This document shows positions 20,801 to 30,330 of a stretch of 64,000 nt of DNA, piece by piece. The translations under genes were made by a program, and so were the position numbers. How positions within the stretch are numbered: the stretch's first letter is position 1; each line of letters opens with the position of its first letter. Location: positions 32,001 through 96,000 of IMG/VR virus record IMGVR_UViG_3300034152_000478; one strand, given 5' to 3'. The notes beneath the pieces were generated by a model. That model worked only from the letters and a program-made list of their open reading frames with translations, was not told where the DNA came from and did not search any database. This DNA comes from a virus.

Positions 20801-21554
20801 GAATGCTACGTTGAATGCTGGAATTTCCACGCTACAAACAGCCAATCAGAACTTGCAGAACGTGATTACTACTGGCGATAGCAACACTCAACAGGCGATT
20901 AACGCTACAACTACTGCTGTTAATACCAGCGCCAACACAATTTCAACTGAAATTAACGAGATGCAAGCAGCGATCGTTCGGGCTGTCAACAGCATTCAGA
21001 TTCGCGTACAGAAGATTGTACAGGCTCCAACAGCGGCTACTGGCCTTACAACGCCGGAAATACACAGTGTTGTGGCAGCAGCGCGACGCGAAAAAGCCAA
21101 CATGCCAACCAATTCTAATATTGTAGTTGCCAACTCTTCAGAGCTGATTATGACGCAAGGCCAGGCTCGCAAAGTGTTTGGTCAGGTGCAGGCTCCTGAG
21201 GGTGTCCGTGAAGTAGCACGTGCGCCGATAATGCATGCTGGCCGTGTAGCAGAAGAGAAGTCGGCTTCTCAGCCATCAGAGAATGTGAACAAGCTGGTTC
21301 GTAAACTCGAAGAGTTGATTGATAAAGCTGAGAACAAGAATCTGTTCAAACAAACTCAGGAAGTACAAATACACGTAGATGGCAAGAAGGACGTTAATGT
21401 GCGCGGTCTTGAAGGTGTCGGAAAGCGTGTGCGAGAAGCATTCAAGGAAGAAATGAGCAGAGTTGCTTCCAAGGCTGAAACCAATATGATTAGCGCCAGA
21501 TTGGACGATATTGTTCGTCGTCTGAAAATGGCTGGCTTAGACGGAGTAGTATAA
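14892..21554 (+). CDS. Tail tape measure protein
   Basis: 2220 aa, Ala/Glu/Gln-rich helical protein with a TP901-type core (LARETGRTFAEASEAAIGFARAG...ATRIGTAFKTML). Confidence 0.9.
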   Translation: MANELPLGIRFSERDVDTRGIITGVQKAITRAIAKVDVEGLKKRLAAVELKVTTLLPKKVTDSVATRINQALNRFILKFDDRKIRTGPLVARVKKAIDAGVRQATLAPLIAKFKVAQANITGILQRSIENIAATPVYVNLRVDTAQLRAEIHALAQRRDFVVTVRAKIVPDQASLAELRKQLGIVAAAKPVAGTEVQSKGFENLSKAAKEAGLTVEQVQQRIGAAAEGTTQRLSGMAGGLGRAAKRVQELQTKTETLTRKQEELKTLFKDAGVGATEFGAKLAQIGKRFTAFFAYTIGVFKMIEATRMLVEEVRRLDDTVISLAKVLPQVNTEQLTERLVTLARETGRTFAEASEAAIGFARAGLKEVDDIAKATEASLRLLNISTVDTATSFKLMITIANAFGIGFEDAAQKVAIFSEFADNAAVTVEDLAQGFIRGGAAAQAAGLSVEEFGAIVATVTGTTQISATRIGTAFKTMLSRILRNRDAILDTVRVTLQMDKTTLQLSRELDTTQKIILAMGEAWQVMNAQQKANFAQIAVGSRRLTELSAILSQTNKFTEQLSRVSGAAATAQRKEALEATSVAAANRQVIRAVTELAAIIRETGIVELYKGAATVLGQTLGLVGRLIEQTNSWAKALKGVSGEDVGGPIAVFSAGLGEVIDGVGLLRRTFLVLFAQVVLPSIKRAIVGFNTFIRGSDAGINKLIAEQGNLNAVAFELVDAQGRSIAKQKELTQAVKETTTALEQQQKSRIPTIRAAAAGAVDVAGVAGRGAGAIGRGAIGALGRPLETLRTGIRGVQTGFKALGTGAKKAFEFLSRPVDGFAGQMIRTTAVMTALDAASSAAAKAAEEFAKSGNETLATISKLGSSATGAAASLIPFGTRAALAGAAIATIPQSVSTVVNAFQTAAAAAKDFAEAAAEQVTVIEAIQLAQRPGGGAIGRALVERGLAEEVEIEGRLVLRVPRGVSPREIVNITALRQQVFNPIERELFELQREAVKVGDALAESIEKAIDRSSVVEKFRATVLEIEKQKIALEFEFESENLIGLSNEFNELLLTAKSFEESPIRLNVPDTDLVQGLSQELFRAKAAMDAIGDNDAAAMVVDLIADRAEVTSEQINFVRAAFQGASDEADVVSDRILKIGDRLEEAKKESEAFRRTVQQTVENAGAIVEAEGKRPKLAEQTLKAVEQINLAEDARVELAKAEEKIQQQAQQRRAEETAELIKQLELTKARAAISARQLSINLEQLDDFIKINRIQTENAALAAQSSDPYLRTLSVLQTITAENEVQQRQLERLQALQAQRIQQTRDQLRFVESADVEQIVAGIEAEFKIKEAEINKNIIANIFKGIQAQIELEGAAEKERIDTVLKGITQIKEEELERLDILKGLSDVVVQEDFGRFIQGFQALQNVDTGVFVQRSEELKGALRGLEENLSSASQALFGGGFVERQLTAVGADIANAFGKQQQIQLAFALERIDVERDAESERLKIQLERAQTSVQQAKIERDLRNNEQQRQKEKSIALAKEAADGVQEAFGRMTDAMNEVVSIAADIDKVDQEIKKLRASLEFVAPEELTRRAGRVDVLRQRREATAARLEEIQAFQDQIRAGYEMANALSSASVQGAKFVQSVRFQVGAYNDLSDQLGGLTAAYNSFGSNLATSEQHLFELRAQLARDAVNVLKSQFDAIKGFGQRLFTASFGQLNELARAAEFLGRDAAEVPLALRDSFSELLKLTRGGPAAELEIAIAGLERVGLDSTELERLQGQVIRQAEEAARNDMLALEAQQRAADNSASTVAVLQRQLNIMDKDIQAAEDARDRIAELKEEFLRSDDRVTKTDQQKLQEARERKKYLLSQLSLHGREYQLNAQRYSQLISLTRETAGSAATQNTNFGQLVQGNSAIQESVARFTQIAEESRVTQEAMKQEITTLQEALTTTATAIQENFTPEQLESAMTTALKADSTRSNFGGAIQDEDVVTNATLNAGISTLQTANQNLQNVITTGDSNTQQAINATTTAVNTSANTISTEINEMQAAIVRAVNSIQIRVQKIVQAPTAATGLTTPEIHSVVAAARREKANMPTNSNIVVANSSELIMTQGQARKVFGQVQAPEGVREVARAPIMHAGRVAEEKSASQPSENVNKLVRKLEELIDKAENKNLFKQTQEVQIHVDGKKDVNVRGLEGVGKRVREAFKEEMSRVASKAETNMISARLDDIVRRLKMAGLDGVV

Positions 21555-22867
21555 TGCCACGTAGCAAAATGAAATATGGCAGCTATGAGTTTCTGCCTGC
21601 TCCATTAATGGTTTATGCTGTTGAGCATGTCAACGATGAGCAGGAGCAACTGCTTTACAGAAACATCACATATACGCTGAATGGTACGCTACTATTCCCA
21701 AGTGGTGACTTTGGGGAGATGATGCAATTGCGAGAAGAGCTGGAGACTGCTCTGGCTTCTGGCAATCAGCAATTCTTGATCAAGTATGATGATGTACCAA
21801 TTCTATCTGGATATCCGGCCACACAAGCTCTGACATTTGAAGAGGGCGTCTGGGTCGACAGGATCAACTATACGGCAGAATTGCTATTGAAAGATACCTC
21901 TGCTGCCAGTGGCAATATCGAATCATACTCTGAAACTTGGACCTTTAATGAGGATGACAATCGCAAGACAATCACCGTCGAACACAGTATCGGTGCTAAG
22001 GGAATTAACACTGCTGGAGCAGGATCAAACAATGCTCTGGAAAACGCCAAGGATTATGTAATACCTCGACTTGGCTATAGCAATGTACCGTCGTTTTTGC
22101 CAGCATTCTGTGTTGGCTCTGGTACTCTGCAAGCTTACGAATCTCTGCGTAGCGAAAATGCTGACACGCAAGAAGGATCGTATGAGGCTAATGAGTTATT
22201 CATCCTGTCCTCTGGTCTTTATATCCATCGACAAAACATCACATTCAATAAAGATGAGTCCAATGTTGTCACTGTAGAGCTGGACGGTGAAATCCATGGG
22301 CTTGGTCGTAGTTTGCTTGGCTATCAGCGGGCCTATACTGGCTGGACGATAGTTGAACCTGGGCTGTTTACGATAGCTTCTGGAATTTATGCGAAATATG
22401 GTGGAGCAAACAATCTCAGTCCAACGGAAATCGCTCAATCTATTGGTGAAGACAGGGATGGCGGAATTGTTACCTATTCCATCAGCTACCAAGATTCTGA
22501 GCTGATTCTACCGTCAGGCATTAGCGCATTTGAAATGACAAGGGACACTGCGGAACCAGTTACGTTGTATGCTACACACGTGGTGGTTGACAAGCTTGAT
22601 GGCCCTGTTGTTCAGGACTTGGGCACATCCACCGAAGGCTCAGTAACGCTGGCTGGCACTTGTACAAAAGAATCCAACTATCCATTGTCAGATATGAAGA
22701 ATTTCGTCAATCAGAAGATAGCAGATGCGGCACCGAGCAGTCCAACTATTGTGTACCGCGTGACTGAGAACACATACAGACTGGATGAAACTGGCAATAT
22801 CTTAGAGTTTAGCGTAACATGGTCATTCGCTGCAGCAGCGCAAGATGACTATCTGACATATCTGTAA
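21554..22867 (+). CDS. Putative distal tail/baseplate hub protein
   Basis: First gene after the tape measure; beta-rich; TAATG overlap. Confidence 0.5.
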   Translation: MPRSKMKYGSYEFLPAPLMVYAVEHVNDEQEQLLYRNITYTLNGTLLFPSGDFGEMMQLREELETALASGNQQFLIKYDDVPILSGYPATQALTFEEGVWVDRINYTAELLLKDTSAASGNIESYSETWTFNEDDNRKTITVEHSIGAKGINTAGAGSNNALENAKDYVIPRLGYSNVPSFLPAFCVGSGTLQAYESLRSENADTQEGSYEANELFILSSGLYIHRQNITFNKDESNVVTVELDGEIHGLGRSLLGYQRAYTGWTIVEPGLFTIASGIYAKYGGANNLSPTEIAQSIGEDRDGGIVTYSISYQDSELILPSGISAFEMTRDTAEPVTLYATHVVVDKLDGPVVQDLGTSTEGSVTLAGTCTKESNYPLSDMKNFVNQKIADAAPSSPTIVYRVTENTYRLDETGNILEFSVTWSFAAAAQDDYLTYL

Positions 22868-22877
22868 GGAGTAGGCA

Positions 22878-23438
22878 ATGAATCCTCCGGTTACACATTT
22901 TTCTCAATTCAGTATTACTGGACCAGATCCAAGTGGTGCCAGACATAATGCGTCTGCTTCTGGCTACCACAAAGAGCTGAATACCTCAACGGGCGGCGAG
23001 CTGTCGTTTGGTGTGCTGGATAATAGCAGCGGCGTCAATGTTACAACGCCCACTAAATGTGTGGTATGGGTTGTTGACCACCTGCAGGATGCCACTACAA
23101 AAGTCTTCGACATGAAGTTTTGGTTAAGTTCAACTACCGATTTCGTTGGCGAAGGGGCAACCTATAATGTTTATTTCAATCAGCATATGTCCAAAAAGTG
23201 GCTTGGAGAGATTCAGTTAACAGATACAAGTGGTACATATACTCCAGAGTCATTACCGGCTGGACAGAATCTATATCGCTACGATGGTGCGGCGGAAATC
23301 ACGGCTTCCGGAACAGATGACGCTGTTTCACAATACATCTATCTTGGTATTACTATTGATCCAGATACACCAGTAGGGGTTTATGGCGGTGCCGGTGCTA
23401 ATGCATTCCGTTACCGTGTGACGTATAAATACTTGTAG
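22878..23438 (+). CDS. Tail-tip protein, paralogue family A (copy 1)
   Basis: DPSGARH / MKFWLS / QNLYRYDG / GVYGG..FRYRVTY shared with 27573 and 28273. Confidence 0.55.
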   Translation: MNPPVTHFSQFSITGPDPSGARHNASASGYHKELNTSTGGELSFGVLDNSSGVNVTTPTKCVVWVVDHLQDATTKVFDMKFWLSSTTDFVGEGATYNVYFNQHMSKKWLGEIQLTDTSGTYTPESLPAGQNLYRYDGAAEITASGTDDAVSQYIYLGITIDPDTPVGVYGGAGANAFRYRVTYKYL

Positions 23439-23446
23439 AGGGAACC

Positions 23447-25720
23447 ATGGCAGACTACGCAGGAAGAATTCTAAGCGCAATCGGGGCAGGCGACCCAAAC
23501 TTCTCCAAAGCCGGTGGAGGCTGGACGCCTGGCAACCCGCTGCTGATGCTTATAGGTCCCAGCGGCAATATCGCCCGAGCACCCACGCCAAGCGGTTTAG
23601 AATTTCAATTCTATACTGGCTCTATCAATGTGGAAGCCGACCATCATCTCTACAACACTTGGTCAATGATGGCCAGTCCTATTATCTCATGGGGCGGTAA
23701 CGAGCTTGTGTTTGCGCTGCGAAAAGATCATGGTACTTCTGATTTCATTAACCTGATCGCATTCTGCCCATATGGTGCCACTCCACGCTTAGGGAACATA
23801 AAGGATCTTCCGGGCAATAAGGCCGGTGGGGATGGTCAAGAACAGTTTGAAATTGCCTCTTATACATTTGGTGACGCAGATTGCATTGTTCAGGATGGTA
23901 GATATTATCGGAGACTGAACAAGTTGTGGGTTGGCTCTTACCATGATACGGCTGGGTTGGCTCACATTGGTGACAAATGTCATTACTTTTTTGGCACAGT
24001 TTCCTGGGCATCACAGTCCACAATTAATTATTATGCAGCATATCCGTACAACAGACAGCACATATATAAGCCAGCATACTATGAACTTGGGAGTGTGGTC
24101 GGCTCTGGTTATGCCCCCTTGACTGTCGGCATAAGTCACACACGAGCAACTGCTGGCAGTACGCAAACTTCTTATTGGGGTGGTGGGCCATACGAGTTGA
24201 ACTTTGATCTTGCCAAACTGGACCCTGACAGCCTTGATCTCGTCACACATCCAGTGTATCACAACGGACTGATATACATTGTCAAGGAACATATTATTGC
24301 TGCCACTATTCCGAATGTGCAGACAGGATTTGGTGCGTTGCCGCTGATGCGTGAAGGCGTATCTGACATACAAAACCCAGCTTCAAGTAAATACTCCACA
24401 CTAACATATTGGAGTGAAAGTGACACAACACCTTACGGCGCAAAATACAAATACCCAATCAAATGGAAAGATGGACGCATACTCTTCTTGCAGAACGATG
24501 GGAAAATCTTTGAGGAGGTTAACGGACAAATAGTACAAGTAGTCGACATTACACAAGTCATGACTACAACTTATTCATCCGGAATCTTTGGCGGGAAGAT
24601 GAATATCGGTGTCCCTAATACTGCGACCGGAGATCCAGGAGTAGACTCGTACAAGTGCTTTGGTGCTAAAATGGGCAATCGGCTTCATGTTTTCTTGAAT
24701 TATAATATCACCAGTGATGGCGCTTCTCGAACTGGTCTATTTTGGGCCACAACAGAAGATTTGTTGTCATTTACTGATCGCACCAACACACTGCCCAATA
24801 GTGGAATTGTACCACCATCTGGTTTGACCAGCACTCAGTATCTTGGCAGAATCAGTCCGTTCCAATTCTCTGGCTATGAGAATTTCCATGCTGTCTGGCC
24901 AGACGGTAGACCTTCGGGTACGACTGATTGTCGTCCTTCTGGCTGGAATCAAAAGGTGGGATTGAATACTCAGTGGTCTGGTTCTGGCATCTTCCACGAG
25001 AACGATTACTCACAAACACCCGACAATTGGGATGTCCCTATGCAGTATAGTACGATCACACATTATCTGGCACCAACATATACAGTGGAGCCAAGTGGTT
25101 TTACGCAAGGGCTGGTTCCAACTGGAGTAGCATTCCAGGGGTATCGTTGGCAGGGTGTGAATGGCTGGCACGTACACGGTTGGACAGAGGAAGATGAAAG
25201 CAAAATACATCTCATATTTACTCCAGAATCATGGACTGCTGCCAATATGCGTTCTTCTGGTGTTTACAATCAGAATCTCTACTATGTGCTTCATTCAAGT
25301 CTGCAATGGGAATACAAAAACCAGTTTATGTCCAAACGTATTGCTTGGGTAGAGCCGACAGAAATGCACGAGCCATCTATCTTGCTGCCGTCAGGCAGTG
25401 TGAACAGAGCTTATCCATTTGAAGACCGTATCAAAAAGGTTGTCTTCCAGCCCTTCAGGATTTATGATTGGCCTCGCTTTAAGAATGTTGATATACAAGT
25501 ACAATACAGCACGGACCAGGGAACGAGCTGGCACAATGCCACAAGAAACGCCACACATTCTGACAGTCTGACAAATGTGGACACGGGTTCACTTGCGGCA
25601 GACCCTTCGGGCATCATGGGCAAAGAGTATATGTTTGCATGGGATTATCCAACTGACGTTGGCAACAATACCACCGTGCAATGGGTCCAGTTTAGATTCA
25701 GAGCCACGGGGGCGGATTAA
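23447..25720 (+). CDS. Tail-tip/appendage protein, paralogue family B (copy 1)
   Basis: 757 aa; C-terminal YSTDQGTSW...FAWD...QFRFR domain shared with 25720. Confidence 0.55.
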   Translation: MADYAGRILSAIGAGDPNFSKAGGGWTPGNPLLMLIGPSGNIARAPTPSGLEFQFYTGSINVEADHHLYNTWSMMASPIISWGGNELVFALRKDHGTSDFINLIAFCPYGATPRLGNIKDLPGNKAGGDGQEQFEIASYTFGDADCIVQDGRYYRRLNKLWVGSYHDTAGLAHIGDKCHYFFGTVSWASQSTINYYAAYPYNRQHIYKPAYYELGSVVGSGYAPLTVGISHTRATAGSTQTSYWGGGPYELNFDLAKLDPDSLDLVTHPVYHNGLIYIVKEHIIAATIPNVQTGFGALPLMREGVSDIQNPASSKYSTLTYWSESDTTPYGAKYKYPIKWKDGRILFLQNDGKIFEEVNGQIVQVVDITQVMTTTYSSGIFGGKMNIGVPNTATGDPGVDSYKCFGAKMGNRLHVFLNYNITSDGASRTGLFWATTEDLLSFTDRTNTLPNSGIVPPSGLTSTQYLGRISPFQFSGYENFHAVWPDGRPSGTTDCRPSGWNQKVGLNTQWSGSGIFHENDYSQTPDNWDVPMQYSTITHYLAPTYTVEPSGFTQGLVPTGVAFQGYRWQGVNGWHVHGWTEEDESKIHLIFTPESWTAANMRSSGVYNQNLYYVLHSSLQWEYKNQFMSKRIAWVEPTEMHEPSILLPSGSVNRAYPFEDRIKKVVFQPFRIYDWPRFKNVDIQVQYSTDQGTSWHNATRNATHSDSLTNVDTGSLAADPSGIMGKEYMFAWDYPTDVGNNTTVQWVQFRFRATGAD

Positions 25721-27573
25721 TGATCAAGTTCGCATATAAAGGCAATGACAAAATCCTGATTCTGCAGGGTAAGGTGCTCCGTGCTCTTGATTGCTGGGTA
25801 AGAAAGTACTCTGAGAAACATACTCCGCCAAGCTTTCTTCAGGGGCAATGGTGGCATGGCGCTGGTGAGTATGGTGAAGCGCCAGAAGATTACAGATTTC
25901 TTGCCGGTTTGAATGGAGCCGGGCTGATGTCTTCGCCACCTGGCGCTTATTTGAATAGCAAATCTGCGTGTATTGTGCGAGATAAGCTTTACACAGTACA
26001 TACTGATAATCAGACTATTAGTCCTATTAGCCCCACAACACATTTGTGGCCAAATCATCCGAGGATACTCGAATGGGATGGGTTGTCTGATAATGTACAA
26101 AAAGCGCCCGATACCAGTGGCATCCAGTCTACACCAAGTGGTCAAGGTGCGAGGATCATTTTTGGATATACCAACAAAGGAGGCTGGGAGCAAGAGAAAA
26201 GCGTGGTTCGTCGTGGTGCTGATCCTGCGTTGCTGGAATATAATGGCAATGTACTGATTATTGGTCTTGGTCGTGGTGTTGATGTTAACGCTTTGAGCAC
26301 AGAGGGTGATGAAGCCATTTCAGTTATCGGACCTACACCTACTGCTTTTGGCGGCTATTATTATGTAATGCTTTTCAATCCTATGGAAAATGGCGGAAGC
26401 GGTCTGCTGCACTTTCAACCTTCTGGAATGAATGCAGAAGTACCAACATGGATTGATGATGCAGGTTTAGACAACACAAGAGCATTTAAGGATACTCCGT
26501 TTCTAAACTACAATATGACAGATGCTATCCAACATGAAGGAAGAGTGTATGTAGCAAACGCCTGCGATGTGATTTGCTGGTCTGGCAGTGGCATTCAGTA
26601 TGATTTGACAGAACCGCTGTTCGAAGTTTTTTATCGCACTGATCAAAATTTCAATCGGCCAACGCCGAAATGGTTCACGAAGTTCGAGGGCGATCTGTAC
26701 ATGTACGAAGCAAGCGGTGTGCTATCTCGTATTACACCACGCAGTGGAACTACAGCACCAACAAAACAGAACGTGGTGAACTTTTCGTATCTCGGCAGTA
26801 TGCATGGCGGAGGCATACACGCAAGAGAACACACAATAGAACGTGCCACCAAGGCAACACTGTTTCCGTATAAGGATAAGCTGCATGTTATTATGGGGGG
26901 AGGTTCTGGAACCTTCCATGTGCATTCAGAGGATGCCTCGGTATGGACCAATGCGAGTAGCGGTCTACCAACAATCATGCGAAATAGCCAAGGTAACGTT
27001 TATCACTATCATGATGAAGCTAACGATTACATTTATGTACTCTATGTCCAAATGTGTCAGGGGGGTGTGCTCGGTGTTACTACAATGGGAACGGATGTCG
27101 CTAATGTTGCTCACCTGTATAGATTTGATGGCGCTACATGGACCACTATTGGCTGGTATCCTATGCCGATGATGGGCGGAGCCGGTGGTTTCATTGGGTA
27201 TGATCCGACTGGGCCACAGATTCACTATCCTTCTGGTGCTGAATTCTACAATCAGGAAGGTGTGACCAACGCACCGGAAATCTGGAAGTGCAAAGACTAC
27301 GCAATTGTCGACTATTATCTGTTTGACAAAGAAAGCAGAAAGTACGATGTAGCAATTGAATATTCAACTGATGATGGAGAGACTTGGGCTGCTTGTAGTC
27401 AGAAAAAAGATTACGGGACCCAACAACTGCTTGGAGAAGGGAAAGTCGGACTGACATCTGCCCCATCTGGCCTCAAGCATAGCTTCTACTGGGATTTCGT
27501 GAACGCTTTAGGCTACAATGTAGAATATGAACACATGCGAATTAGGATAACACCTACTCTTGGAGTGCAATAA
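25720..27573 (+). CDS. Tail-tip/appendage protein, paralogue family B (copy 2)
   Basis: 617 aa; YSTDDGETW...FYWD...RIRIT; propeller-like middle region. Confidence 0.55.
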   Translation: MIKFAYKGNDKILILQGKVLRALDCWVRKYSEKHTPPSFLQGQWWHGAGEYGEAPEDYRFLAGLNGAGLMSSPPGAYLNSKSACIVRDKLYTVHTDNQTISPISPTTHLWPNHPRILEWDGLSDNVQKAPDTSGIQSTPSGQGARIIFGYTNKGGWEQEKSVVRRGADPALLEYNGNVLIIGLGRGVDVNALSTEGDEAISVIGPTPTAFGGYYYVMLFNPMENGGSGLLHFQPSGMNAEVPTWIDDAGLDNTRAFKDTPFLNYNMTDAIQHEGRVYVANACDVICWSGSGIQYDLTEPLFEVFYRTDQNFNRPTPKWFTKFEGDLYMYEASGVLSRITPRSGTTAPTKQNVVNFSYLGSMHGGGIHAREHTIERATKATLFPYKDKLHVIMGGGSGTFHVHSEDASVWTNASSGLPTIMRNSQGNVYHYHDEANDYIYVLYVQMCQGGVLGVTTMGTDVANVAHLYRFDGATWTTIGWYPMPMMGGAGGFIGYDPTGPQIHYPSGAEFYNQEGVTNAPEIWKCKDYAIVDYYLFDKESRKYDVAIEYSTDDGETWAACSQKKDYGTQQLLGEGKVGLTSAPSGLKHSFYWDFVNALGYNVEYEHMRIRITPTLGVQ

Positions 27574-28262
27574 TGAGTAGAACAGGAATGTGGCGCTATA
27601 CGCTGCCAGCCACTTTGAAAGTCACAGGGAGCGCTCCGTTTGAGACGCGGACATTTGCGCTGCCTCGCGTTTATGTGACTCCAGAGCTTTACTGGTGGGA
27701 CTTAACCAAGGGTGATCCCTCTGGGTCGCGTCACGTGCAAACACATCCAGCCTTTAAGGGTGTCGTTGGCAGTGGTATGGGCGAGTTGTTCCCAGGTCTT
27801 ACTATCTTTGATTTCAACGATGTAGATATTAGTACTGGTAGTGGTGTAAGCGATACGCGCTGTATGACATTTCGCATAGCAGACCAGGAGTGTTGGCAGA
27901 CACGAGTCACTCACATGAAGGTTTGGGTCAGTGATGATAGCGATTTTCTTGTAAAAGATTATCGTGTGCTATATCATCATAGTCAAACTTGGCAGTCGGG
28001 ATATCAATTCCAATTTGGAGACATTTTTGATCCAAACAAAGTGTTGGCTACTGGCGTGCCAGAGTTGCAGAATCTGTATCGACAAGATGGGGGTTTGACA
28101 ATTCATGCGTCCGGCGATGCTGATGTTTCCGAGTATATGTATTTGGCTTTAGCCTGTAGCGGAACGGTGCTACCCGGACAATATGGTGGCCTACCAAGCC
28201 CCAGTGGATTCAGGCTGCGTGTGACTTTTTCTATGGATAATATATATCCGCTTTTCGATTAA
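27573..28262 (+). CDS. Tail-tip protein, paralogue family A (copy 2)
   Basis: DPSGSRH / MKVWVS / QNLYRQDG / GQYGG..FRLRVTF. Confidence 0.55.
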   Translation: MSRTGMWRYTLPATLKVTGSAPFETRTFALPRVYVTPELYWWDLTKGDPSGSRHVQTHPAFKGVVGSGMGELFPGLTIFDFNDVDISTGSGVSDTRCMTFRIADQECWQTRVTHMKVWVSDDSDFLVKDYRVLYHHSQTWQSGYQFQFGDIFDPNKVLATGVPELQNLYRQDGGLTIHASGDADVSEYMYLALACSGTVLPGQYGGLPSPSGFRLRVTFSMDNIYPLFD

Positions 28263-28272
28263 GGAGTAAAGA

Positions 28273-28959
28273 ATGGCGGGCTCAGGACAGGTAGGCATCT
28301 ACAGCGATCAAGTAATCGGCCGATTAAGACCGAAGATAGTCTGTGTCCAATACAGACCAGACTTGCTTCATGGCCCCAGCGGCTGGAATCTGCTACTATG
28401 GGAGAACCACTATGACATAGAGCAGCTTGCTGGCACCTGTGAGGCCATTTCGATTGAGCCCTCTGGATATCTCAACTTTGGATCTGGCTCTACACCATTC
28501 ACGGCACCATGGACATCGCGTACTATCGCTTTCATTTTCATGCCGAAGAATGATTACGATCACCCTTCTGTTTCTGGTGGTTTTAATATCTTCAACATGA
28601 AGCTGTGGATAGAGAATGATAGCGCGTTCAACGGACTACCAGGGCAGCCGTATATTCAGATGTTGCCAAGTGGAGTCTGGGTAAGGAACCTGAATCTTGG
28701 AAGTGGACAATATGGAGCCTATGAAGTTCCACGGTCTGTGCCAGAAAACCCGAATGTCTTTAGAGCCGATGGTCAAGCGTGGATGAGCGGCGTCGGTCAG
28801 CAACAACGAACACAGATCATTTATGCCTCTATCGTTTTCCCATCTGGGGAATATCCGGTTGGACAATACGGTGGATTGGGATTGGGAACGTTTAGATGGA
28901 GGTTCACATACGACTGGACTGATCAGTATGCACGGTTGCAGTTGCCAGAGGACTATTAA
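28273..28959 (+). CDS. Tail-tip protein, paralogue family A (copy 3)
   Basis: MKLWIE / NVFRADG / PVGQYGG..FRWRFTY; AAGGAG RBS. Confidence 0.55.
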   Translation: MAGSGQVGIYSDQVIGRLRPKIVCVQYRPDLLHGPSGWNLLLWENHYDIEQLAGTCEAISIEPSGYLNFGSGSTPFTAPWTSRTIAFIFMPKNDYDHPSVSGGFNIFNMKLWIENDSAFNGLPGQPYIQMLPSGVWVRNLNLGSGQYGAYEVPRSVPENPNVFRADGQAWMSGVGQQQRTQIIYASIVFPSGEYPVGQYGGLGLGTFRWRFTYDWTDQYARLQLPEDY

Positions 28960-28969
28960 GGAGGAATGT

Positions 28970-29419
28970 ATGCAACCCAAGCTAAAAAGGTGGATAGAAA
29001 ACCACGAAGGTAAACAATACCTGAAGCTGCGTGTTTTTTGCACCCTGGAGCAGAAAGAGTTAACTTTCGATATGCAGCTCCCAGAAGGCACAGAACCGTT
29101 CATGTGCTGGACTGCGACTACGGGTATGGTTGAAGCTATCGGCAACATGACGAGCCCTACAGAGGCCGTAGGATACGCGTTTAGCAATCCTCAGTATAAA
29201 TTCACGGTCAAGAATCCCAAAGGCTACAAAAAGGGCGATCGAGTTATTATCACTGAGCACTTGACGCTGGATCAGGAAGATGAATATCTTGTAACCCAGC
29301 ACAACATTGGGCATGGAGATATCAACTTTGTAAATCTTGGATACACCAGAAACGGCGAGCACATCATCAGATTGACGGTGGATTTGATAACTGGTGAACA
29401 TCAATGGCAAGCGGAATAA
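28970..29419 (+). CDS. Hypothetical protein
   Basis: Start reassigned to ATG 28970 (AAGGAGG RBS just upstream) instead of 28823, which overlaps the previous gene. Confidence 0.6.
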   Translation: MQPKLKRWIENHEGKQYLKLRVFCTLEQKELTFDMQLPEGTEPFMCWTATTGMVEAIGNMTSPTEAVGYAFSNPQYKFTVKNPKGYKKGDRVIITEHLTLDQEDEYLVTQHNIGHGDINFVNLGYTRNGEHIIRLTVDLITGEHQWQAE

Positions 29420-30330
29420 ACAGTGAATTTGGTGGCATTACAAGAAGCATAGGACGAGGGTCTGCCAGTGGCTTAGTGGGCGGCTATGCATTCGGTGCTA
29501 TTTGGACAAGTGGAGCTTTCGGCGGCTTTGCTATTGCCAGCTATAGCGATACCACATTCACGATTACTGAGGCGGGCGCTCGTGGATTAATCAAGGCGCA
29601 TAGTGATTCTGTGCATCGCCAAGCCTTCAAAACTGATGCTGAATTCTTCTTTTATGCCTATGGCACAACTGAGTTCGATGCGCAGCTTACCGTGGAAGAA
29701 AAATTCCGCAGTGAGTTTGATGCCATGCTCTCTACTACTAAAGTTCGCCGTAATCCCTATGTCACTTTTGTAAGCGCACCTACAACAAGCGGGCATATTC
29801 CACGCACTGTTACAGTAACAGCCTCTGGGTTCGCATACGATAAAGAAGGACAAGTAATAGATAGCGGCATCCATTATGTCGCCTTTGTGTGGGGAGATAA
29901 TGACTACACGGTAATTCCTACTCCAAGAGCAAGCGGATCTGTGTGGTCAGCCACACACACATACACAGCCAGCGGCTTATATCGTCCGATCGTGATTGTA
30001 CATGACAAATTTGGACGGACTGGCTCTGACTACACGAAAATTACTGCTATGTCAGGAGATATTGGTGTTCCATACATTTCACTAAGTGGAATTCCACGTT
30101 TTGGCACCACTCCTCCTCCTTTAGCGGTAGATTTTGGCGTTCAAGTATCTGGCGTTGACGGAGCATATACAATATTCTGGGATTATGGCAATGGAGTCAC
30201 CTACTACAATCAGGCACTAAATCAAAGCACACAATATGCGCTGCCAGGTGACTATATCCCCTACGTCAGAATACGTGACCAAAGACAGATCAACGTTTGC
30301 GATACATTGCGAGTAGGATTTAATAAGTAA
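29404..30330 (+). CDS. PKD/Ig-like domain virion protein (paralogue of the C-terminal part of 30330-32762)
   Basis: WGD...HTYTASGLYRP and WDYGNG...YALPGDYIPYVRI PKD-type motifs; N-terminal FGG repeats. Confidence 0.65.
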   Translation: MASGINSEFGGITRSIGRGSASGLVGGYAFGAIWTSGAFGGFAIASYSDTTFTITEAGARGLIKAHSDSVHRQAFKTDAEFFFYAYGTTEFDAQLTVEEKFRSEFDAMLSTTKVRRNPYVTFVSAPTTSGHIPRTVTVTASGFAYDKEGQVIDSGIHYVAFVWGDNDYTVIPTPRASGSVWSATHTYTASGLYRPIVIVHDKFGRTGSDYTKITAMSGDIGVPYISLSGIPRFGTTPPPLAVDFGVQVSGVDGAYTIFWDYGNGVTYYNQALNQSTQYALPGDYIPYVRIRDQRQINVCDTLRVGFNK

